Part shown: positions 57,564-64,000 of the stretch, piece by piece
Layout of the letters: every line of letters begins with the position of its first letter
Numbering within the stretch: the stretch's first letter is position 1
Assembly (NCBI GenBank): GCA_963788655.1
Contig: CAWBHS010000060.1
Coordinates: 160,001-224,000 of the forward strand
Origin: an uncultured Verrucomicrobiae bacterium
GTDB taxonomy: Bacteria > Verrucomicrobiota > Verrucomicrobiia > Limisphaerales > JAFGQR01
Length of the DNA: 64,000 nt
Direction of reading: 5' to 3'
The notes under the pieces: model-generated
Database searches by the model: none
Seen by the model: the letters and a program-made list of their open reading frames with translations, nothing else
What the model was told of the DNA's origin: nothing
Made by a program: the position numbers and the translations under genes

Positions 57564-58028
57564 ATGGAACTGGGTGACATTTTAAGCCCTGAAGTGATCA
57601 GCGCCGATATGAAGGCCACCAATCGTTGGGAAGCGATTGATGAGTTGATCGGCGTATTGGTCAATGCTGCGCTGATCAAACCCGAACATCGCGAGGCCAT
57701 CACGGCGGTCGTCAAGAAACGCGAGACCTCGATGAGCACCGGGATTGGTTTCGGCATTGGGATCCCCCACGCCTCGACCGATCTGATCGGCGAGGTGATC
57801 GGGGCGTTCGGGCGCTCGAAGGACGGGATCAATTTCGATGCGCTCGACAACCAGCCGGTCAATCTGGTGATGCTCTTTCTCGTTCCCCAGGGCCAATTCC
57901 AAAAACACTTGCACACCCTCGCCCGGATCGCCAAAACGCTGCACAAAAAAGAATTCCGCCAGGCCCTGGAAGAAGCACCGGACGGGCAAGTGATGTACAA
58001 CTTTATCAAGAGCGAAGCGGGCAAGTGA
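57564..58028 (+). CDS. ptsN: PTS IIA component (nitrogen-regulatory/fructose type)
   Basis: KRETSMSTGIGFGIGIPHA (phospho-His), GINFDALDNQPVNLVMLFL and HLHTLARIA. Confidence 0.88.
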   Translation: MELGDILSPEVISADMKATNRWEAIDELIGVLVNAALIKPEHREAITAVVKKRETSMSTGIGFGIGIPHASTDLIGEVIGAFGRSKDGINFDALDNQPVNLVMLFLVPQGQFQKHLHTLARIAKTLHKKEFRQALEEAPDGQVMYNFIKSEAGK

Positions 58029-58163
58029 CGCGCGCTCGGTGAAAGCGTTGCCTGCCTCCGCGAACTCTTCGGCATCGCAACCGTTCAACGCTTTAACGTT
58101 CCCCCCGCTTGAACCAACACAATCTTCCTTCCCAAAATCTCGAAAGAATTGCACCCTGGCTTG

Positions 58164-59891
58164 ATGTTGCATCAATTGCTCGAAAATGCTTTGCGCACGG
58201 TCGTCAAGGTGGTTTTGCCCGACGCTGATCTGGAACTCGTACAAGTTCGCCCGTGCCCCGATCCCCGCTTTGGCGATTACCAATCCTCGTCCCTGATGGC
58301 TTTGGCCAAGCAGCGCAAGATGAATCCGCGCCAACTGGCCACGGACGTGCAAGCGAAGATCGAAGTGGGGGAATGGTGCGAGAAGGTCGAGATCGCCGGG
58401 GCGGGCTTTTTGAATTTCCACCTTAAACCGGAGGCGGTTGCCCAGACCCTGGCGTCCGCAGCCCAGGGCGAGCATCTGTTCTACGAGCAGACTTCCCAAC
58501 CCCGCACGATCGTCATTGATTTCAGTTCCCCCAATGTAGCCAAACCCATGCACGTCGGACATATCCGCTCCACCATCCTCGGGGATTGTCTGGCGCGGAC
58601 GCTGCGTTTGCTCGGCCACCAGGTCATTACCGACAATCACATTGGCGACTGGGGCACTCAATTCGGCATGTTGCTGGTTGGCTGGAAACGCAACCTGAAC
58701 GCGGAGAGTTTAAAGACCGACCCGATCGCGGAAATGGAGCGTCTTTACAAAAAAGTCAGCGCCGAATGCAAAGCCAATCCCGCCACACTGGAGGCGGCTC
58801 GTCAGGAGTTGGTGAAACTTCAGAGCGGCGACGAAGAAAACCTGCGCATCTGGCAGGAAATGATCCAGCTCTCGGAAACGCAGTTTGCCCGGATTTATGG
58901 ACGGTTAGGGATTCATTTTGATCATACGCTGGGGGAGAGCTTCTACAATCCCCGCCTCGAAGCGGTGGTTAACGAACTCACTGCGCGCGGGATTGCCCGG
59001 GAAAGCGATGGCGCCCAGGTGGTCTTCTACGACGATTTGCCGCAACTCAAATCCCATCCGGCCATTGTCCGCAAGAGCGACGGCGGTTTTAATTACGCCA
59101 CGACGGATTTGGCGACGCTGCAATATCGCCTCCAAACCTGGCATCCCAACGAAATTGTCTATGTGACCGACGGCCGTCAGCAACTGCACTTCAATCAAGT
59201 GTTCACGGCTTTCCACCGGTGGCACCCAGACGTGCAAGTCAAGCTCGCCCATGTCTGGTTTGGTTCGATACTGGGCGAGGAAGGGACGCCCTTTAAAACG
59301 CGCGCGGGTGAAGTGGTAAAGTTGGCTGACCTGCTCGACGAAGCCGAAGAACGCGCTTTAAAGGTGGTGACCGAAAAGAACCCGGATTTGCCGGAAACGA
59401 ATCGCAAAGAAATTGCTCGCGTGGTGGGTATCGGCGCCATCAAATACGCCGATCTGCTGCCCAATCGACAAAGCGACTACGTCTTTAGCTGGGACAAAAT
59501 GCTCGCGTTAAGCGGCAACACGGCCCCCTATTTGCAATACGCTTACACCCGCATCCGCAGCATCTTCCGGAAAGGCAACGTCGAAGGATCTACCACCACT
59601 GCCCAGCAATCCGCCATCCATCTGAATGCCCCCGAGGAGTTAACCCTCGCCAAGCACTTACTAAACTTCGGCCTCGTCTTGCAGGCGGTGGCGGATGAGT
59701 ATCGTCCCAACTTTCTTTGCAACTACCTCTACGAATTGGCCGGCCACTTTGCCCGTTTCTACGAATCCTGCCCCGTCCTCAAAGCCGACGCTGAGACCCG
59801 CGCCACCCGCCTCACCCTCTGCGATCTCACCGGCCAAGTGCTCCAGCAAGGCCTCGCCGTCCTCGGCATCGACGTACTGGATCAGATGTAA
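58164..59891 (+). CDS. argS: Arginyl-tRNA synthetase
   Basis: FGDYQ, IAGAGFLNF, DFSSPNVAKPMHVGHIRSTILGD, NHIGDWGTQFG, GESFYN, KSDGGFNYATTDLA, FKTRAG, GNTAPYLQYAYTRIRSI and FYESCPVL. Confidence 0.98.
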   Translation: MLHQLLENALRTVVKVVLPDADLELVQVRPCPDPRFGDYQSSSLMALAKQRKMNPRQLATDVQAKIEVGEWCEKVEIAGAGFLNFHLKPEAVAQTLASAAQGEHLFYEQTSQPRTIVIDFSSPNVAKPMHVGHIRSTILGDCLARTLRLLGHQVITDNHIGDWGTQFGMLLVGWKRNLNAESLKTDPIAEMERLYKKVSAECKANPATLEAARQELVKLQSGDEENLRIWQEMIQLSETQFARIYGRLGIHFDHTLGESFYNPRLEAVVNELTARGIARESDGAQVVFYDDLPQLKSHPAIVRKSDGGFNYATTDLATLQYRLQTWHPNEIVYVTDGRQQLHFNQVFTAFHRWHPDVQVKLAHVWFGSILGEEGTPFKTRAGEVVKLADLLDEAEERALKVVTEKNPDLPETNRKEIARVVGIGAIKYADLLPNRQSDYVFSWDKMLALSGNTAPYLQYAYTRIRSIFRKGNVEGSTTTAQQSAIHLNAPEELTLAKHLLNFGLVLQAVADEYRPNFLCNYLYELAGHFARFYESCPVLKADAETRATRLTLCDLTGQVLQQGLAVLGIDVLDQM

Positions 59892-59955
59892 GGGGAGCAG
59901 CGCAATCCTTTGCTGAATCCTTGCCGGGGGTGAGGAATGGCGGCAACCTGACGCA

Positions 59956-60612
59956 GTGAATGCCCATCCAATACTTGCGGTGATATTCGATATGGACGGG
60001 GTGCTGACGGATTCAGAGCCCTTGATCAATCAAGCCGCCATGAAAATGTTTCGCGAACGAGGACTGGTCGTTCAGCCGGAAGATTTTCTCCCATTTGTCG
60101 GCACCGGTGAGAATCGTTACATCGGAGGTGTGGCTGAGAAGTACCGTTTCCCGCTCGATATTGCGGCGGCCAAGAAACGCACTTACGAGATTTATCTCGA
60201 CCTGGTGCCGGCGCGGCTGGAAGCCTTTCCGGGAGCCCAAGCCTTGGTGCATACTTGTCGTCAAGCCGGTCTTCGAACTGCGGTCGCTTCGAGTGCCGAC
60301 CGGATCAAGATCGAAGCCAATCTTCACAAAATCAATCTACCGCCCGGCGAATGGGACGCGATCGTGACCGCGGAAGACGTGACTCACAAGAAGCCTGATC
60401 CGGCAATCTTTCTGGCTGCCGCGCACAAACTCGCCGTTCCGCCGCAAAGCTGTGTGGTGATTGAAGATGCCATCAACGGGGTGCAAGCCGCCAAAGCCGC
60501 CGGCATGCGTTGTGTGGCCGTAGCGCAAACGTTTCCGCCGGACCAACTCAAGGAAGCCGACTTGGTGCGCGAGACAATTGCCGCCGTTTCGCTCGCTGAC
60601 ATACGGAGTTGA
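59956..60612 (+). CDS. HAD-superfamily phosphatase (beta-phosphoglucomutase/CbbY-like)
   Basis: VIFDMDGVLTDSE, AVASS, KKPDPAIFL and VVIEDAINGVQAAKAAGM. Confidence 0.92.
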   Translation: MNAHPILAVIFDMDGVLTDSEPLINQAAMKMFRERGLVVQPEDFLPFVGTGENRYIGGVAEKYRFPLDIAAAKKRTYEIYLDLVPARLEAFPGAQALVHTCRQAGLRTAVASSADRIKIEANLHKINLPPGEWDAIVTAEDVTHKKPDPAIFLAAAHKLAVPPQSCVVIEDAINGVQAAKAAGMRCVAVAQTFPPDQLKEADLVRETIAAVSLADIRS

Positions 60613-60615
60613 ACC

Positions 60616-60714
60616 GTAGGACCGGCGTCCCGCCCGTCCCGAACTACCCAGATCCCGGCCAATCGCTATGGAACGGGTCTTGGCCAAACGGGACAGCCGG
60701 GACGGCTGTCCTAC
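60616..60714. repeat. GTAG-family REP doublet
   Basis: GTAGGACCGGCGTCCCGCCCGTCCCG ... CGGGACAGCCGGGACGGCTGTCCTAC, between convergent genes. Confidence 0.85.
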
Positions 60715-60735
60715 CAAGCAACTCACGGTGTCCGC

Positions 60736-63504
60736 TTAATCGTCGTCATCCACCATCGTCACGGCCCACTCGGGGTAAGGAACCTGCGTCCCTTTCATCG
60801 CACGCCACAAGATGCGGTTGAGGACGTCTTCGGGGCAACGATCCGGTTCATCCAGCGACAGGCGCGCGGAGACAATGGCATCCCGGCGCAGCAGCGGATC
60901 GGTGATCTTTTTAGGCTCGGGATTTACCTGGTCCAGCGGGATTTGATTGGGCACTGAGGAAAACGGGGTGTAGTCGGGCACGGCCGTAAAGCAATCGAAC
61001 ATGGGCGTGGCCGTGGCATCGAGTTGATTCATGGGCGGCAGGCCCAGGATCAATTCCATCGTGCGCATCAGGCTGGTTTGATTGTAGGGCGTGCTGATCG
61101 TTTGCGCGCGTTTCGTGAACGGGCTGGCCACGTAGCAGGTCGTCCGATACCCGCTCACATGGTCCCAACCGGCTTGCGGATCGTCCTCGATGGCGAAGAG
61201 CACCGTGTCCGGCCAAAATTTGCTGTGGCTGAGCGCCTCGACCACTTGTCCAAGTGCCAGGTCATTGTCGGCCACTTCGGCGCCGGGGGTCGGATCTTTA
61301 CCCTTGGTGCCACCGGTATGATCGTTCGGGAGAAAGAGGATGATGAAGTTCGGGAATTCGCCTTTGGCTTCGAACTGCCGCAGTTCCTTGATGAACTCGG
61401 CGGCGCGCACGACGTCGGGCACGCGCAAATCCCAGCCGACCGTCCCGAGGTGGCTGTACGGACGCAGCGTTTCAATGCCGGCCCGGCAGCCGATCTTGGT
61501 GAGGTTCGTCCCTTCCTGATAATCCTTCCAGAAATCGTGCCAGGTGGGGCCACGCCGGCGGCGGCCACCCCTGTTACCGCTTGCTTTCCAGCCTGCCTCC
61601 GAGATCATCCATTCGCCGTAATTGCGAAAGGTTTTCCCGTGCGCCAGCGCATTGTCCCAAATGAAGCCCGATGACGACCAAGCCAGCGCATCGATGCCCT
61701 CAGCCGTCTTTCCGCTCGGATAACTACGCGGAAAGTCCGAAGACAATTGACGTTCCACATACTCGTTGGCAATCCCGCTGTCCGTCCACTGGTGGCCATC
61801 GCCGCTCTGTACGCCGGAGCAATAGGTGTTGTCGAGCAGAATGAATTCCCGGGCGAGTTTGTGTTGGTTGGGGGTGTATTTTTCACCAAACGTACACAAC
61901 TCGGCGTTGCCGTTGCCCTCGGCCATGTCGCCCAGGATCTGATCGTAGGTGCGGTTCTCCTTGATCACGTAAATGACGTGCTGAAACACGCTGGGTTCGC
62001 CCACCCGTTCCGGAACGGGCCGCGCTGGTTGGTCCGGCCGCGCGGGCAGCCAGGCGTCCGCGAGCTTGGGATAACGCATGTTCTGCAAGGCGGCCTCGGT
62101 CATCCGGATTAGCTTGCGTTCGGAAGGCAAAGGGACCAACGAGAGCGTACCGAAGAAATCCTTGGAGTGCAGCTTCACCTTTTCATGGCGTTTGAAAATC
62201 TTGGCGGCGCCGATGCCTTTGATGTTGGCCACACAAAGCATCTCTTTCTGGGGATGAACGACCACGGCTCCCGGAAACCAACCGACGGGAATCAGTCCAA
62301 TCACCCGCGATTCCTTGTCCTCCGGCTCGAACTGGACCACAGCAACTGCGTTTTGGGTTCCGTTGCACACGAACAGACGGCGTCCGCTGCGGTCAAATGC
62401 CAGTGCGTTGGGTTGCGCGCCGAAAAGATCGGCCGGGGTTTGGCGGGCCCAGATCTTTTCGAGGATCCGATCCGTTTTGGTGTCAATGACGCTGAGCGTG
62501 TCGCTGCCGGAATTGGCCACGACCACATACTTTCCGTTGGGAGAAACCGCGAGCGCCGAGGCGTGCAGTTCGACGAGCACTTCGTCCTTCACCTGACCGG
62601 AGGTCAGATCGATGATGCTGACTGAACCCTCGCTGGCAAGGTGCCGCACCGGATCGACGCGCACGGTCATGCCCCGGCCAGCAGGAGCGGTCAAGTCGCC
62701 CTTGCCGGGACGCCGTCCGCCCAAGTTGCTGACATAGGCCTTGCCCGCGGCCAGAACCACGTCAAAGGGCGCCACGCCAACGTCCCAGGTGCGCAACAGT
62801 TTGCCCGAGGCCGCATCCATTTCGTACAGCTTGTTGCCCAAGTTGCCCACGACGTACAGCCGCTTGCCGTCCGCCGAAATCGCCAGCCCGGCCGGCACTT
62901 CGGCCTTGCGTTTGGGAGCCTTGGCCTCCGGCACGGCAATGGTGGTGAATCCGGCGATTGAATTCTCCTGGTTCACCGCAAACACCTTCACATCGCCGAC
63001 CGCATTGGCAAGATACAGGCGCCGACCGTCCGGAGAGAAAACCAAACCGGTCAGACTCAAGAACGCTTTGGTGTCCGCTTTGGGTGATTTGGGTTCCGGT
63101 TTTTCTTCCGCCGCAGAATCGTCATCTTCGTTTGTGGAACTGGATTCTTCGGTTTTCGCCGCGGCGGTCTTGGATTCGGATTCCTTGGCGGGCATGGCGA
63201 CCTTTTGCAGCAATTTGCCGTTGGCCGGACTGAACACGTAAAGGTCATGGTTCTTGCCGGAAGTGACCAGCAATTTGCCATCCGGACTCAGCGCCAGCGC
63301 CTGGGGACGCAATCCCGGGAGATCGACCAGCCGGCCCGCCGGAGTCAGCACCTGGCTGGTGGGGGTGAGGTATCGATGTTTGGCCAAACGCCCCACGGTG
63401 GGAGGTCCGGAACGACTGGAATCGTTGAGCGAGCAACCACTCAACAGGACCAACAAGGCAGCGCCAATGACATAGGCCAGACACGATGAAGCCGTTTTGT
63501 GCAT
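60736..63504 (-). CDS. Lipoprotein: YncE/YVTN beta-propeller fused to an alkaline-phosphatase-superfamily phosphoesterase
   Basis: Lipobox LLSGC, propeller repeats (LALSPDGK, VANSGSDTLSVIDT, IPVGWFP), HVIYVIKENRTYDQILGD, SGDGHQW, LPNDHT, VADNDLALGQVVEALSHS and EDDPQAGWDHV. Confidence 0.9.
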   Translation of the reverse strand: MHKTASSCLAYVIGAALLVLLSGCSLNDSSRSGPPTVGRLAKHRYLTPTSQVLTPAGRLVDLPGLRPQALALSPDGKLLVTSGKNHDLYVFSPANGKLLQKVAMPAKESESKTAAAKTEESSSTNEDDDSAAEEKPEPKSPKADTKAFLSLTGLVFSPDGRRLYLANAVGDVKVFAVNQENSIAGFTTIAVPEAKAPKRKAEVPAGLAISADGKRLYVVGNLGNKLYEMDAASGKLLRTWDVGVAPFDVVLAAGKAYVSNLGGRRPGKGDLTAPAGRGMTVRVDPVRHLASEGSVSIIDLTSGQVKDEVLVELHASALAVSPNGKYVVVANSGSDTLSVIDTKTDRILEKIWARQTPADLFGAQPNALAFDRSGRRLFVCNGTQNAVAVVQFEPEDKESRVIGLIPVGWFPGAVVVHPQKEMLCVANIKGIGAAKIFKRHEKVKLHSKDFFGTLSLVPLPSERKLIRMTEAALQNMRYPKLADAWLPARPDQPARPVPERVGEPSVFQHVIYVIKENRTYDQILGDMAEGNGNAELCTFGEKYTPNQHKLAREFILLDNTYCSGVQSGDGHQWTDSGIANEYVERQLSSDFPRSYPSGKTAEGIDALAWSSSGFIWDNALAHGKTFRNYGEWMISEAGWKASGNRGGRRRRGPTWHDFWKDYQEGTNLTKIGCRAGIETLRPYSHLGTVGWDLRVPDVVRAAEFIKELRQFEAKGEFPNFIILFLPNDHTGGTKGKDPTPGAEVADNDLALGQVVEALSHSKFWPDTVLFAIEDDPQAGWDHVSGYRTTCYVASPFTKRAQTISTPYNQTSLMRTMELILGLPPMNQLDATATPMFDCFTAVPDYTPFSSVPNQIPLDQVNPEPKKITDPLLRRDAIVSARLSLDEPDRCPEDVLNRILWRAMKGTQVPYPEWAVTMVDDDD

Positions 63505-63653
63505 GCGGGACAGTGTGCCGGCTGCCTGGCAGTTTCGTCAACCCTGAGGAAAAAACCGATGTTGTTTGGATTACGTTCCATCTTTGCCAAAGCGCGGATA
63601 TTCTTATCTGTATCCATTCAGTAGCTGGAGCAGCGATGACACGATTCGGCGCG

Positions 63654-63786
63654 GTAGGACAGGCGTCTCGCCTGTCTCGAATCGCCAAGCACACCCTCCC
63701 CTTTTGGTGACTTGGAGAGACTTCCTACGCCGCGGTGCAAATCGATGGTTGGCAGTCGTTCGAGACCGGCGGGACGCCTGTCCTAC
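63654..63786. repeat. GTAG-family REP doublet (REPIN), homologous to 13339-13472
   Basis: GTAGGACAGGCGTCTCGCCTGTCTCGA ... TCGAGACCGGCGGGACGCCTGTCCTAC; the interior is also similar to the 13.3-kb copy. Confidence 0.9.
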
Positions 63787-63832
63787 GGAATAGTCACGGT
63801 TTATCAGCATCGGGTTGATGCTGGGCTCGCGG

Positions 63833-63855
63833 GCGGACAAGAATGTCCGCGCTCC
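63833..63855. repeat. REP-like palindrome (GGAGCGCGGACATTCTTGTCCGC class, minus strand)
   Basis: GCGGACAAGAATGTCCGCGCTCC: hairpin GCGGACA-AGAA-TGTCCGC with a GCTCC tail. Confidence 0.6.
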
Positions 63856-64000
63856 AATTGACGAATGCGAAGTCCATGAACGCGGAAGGTAGCGCCCGTT
63901 CGTTTCGGCGGCCCGTAACTGCCTTTGCGATGATGGGGCTCAACAATTTTAGTGGCGATGCGATCACGGAAACGCTTTAATCCCCCGCGTAATCAATCTC

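Overview
GC-rich bacterial window, most consistent with Verrucomicrobiota. This assignment is inferred from the protein families, the '..S.DL..W...RFYR' terminal domains and the many REP-type repeats. It is probably a long-read assembly, because even essential dnaX carries indels, and all the frameshifts I found lie between about 15 and 46 kb. The left part (1-19.8 kb) holds a partial PhoD-type phosphatase, a triplicated 135-bp REP doublet, batD-batE-gmd-mscS, and a glycyl-radical enzyme with its activase that matches trans-4-hydroxy-L-proline dehydratase (HypD). It continues with a rhomboid protease, the core ffs-dnaX-ybaB-recR-HAD run and a Tat-exported molybdo-oxidoreductase (2Fe-2S subunit, Mo subunit, XdhC). 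The middle (19.9-57.3 kb) holds a PPi-dependent PEP carboxykinase and a string of mostly secreted accessory enzymes. These include a beta-helix lyase-like protein, a propeller/alpha-beta hydrolase flanked by a 164-bp duplication of the next gene's 5' end, a DUF6807 protein, a Gfo/Idh/MocA oxidoreductase, an M6 protease, a GH43, an IS remnant, a beta-helix/S41 protein, a GH172+GH99 pair, a 2.1-kaa double metallopeptidase and a rifampin-phosphotransferase-like dikinase. The right part holds a PTS IIA protein, argS, a HAD phosphatase and a YncE/phosphoesterase. I saw no CRISPR array, rRNA, tRNA, prophage or intact transposase. All family calls come from motif recognition, not from database searches.
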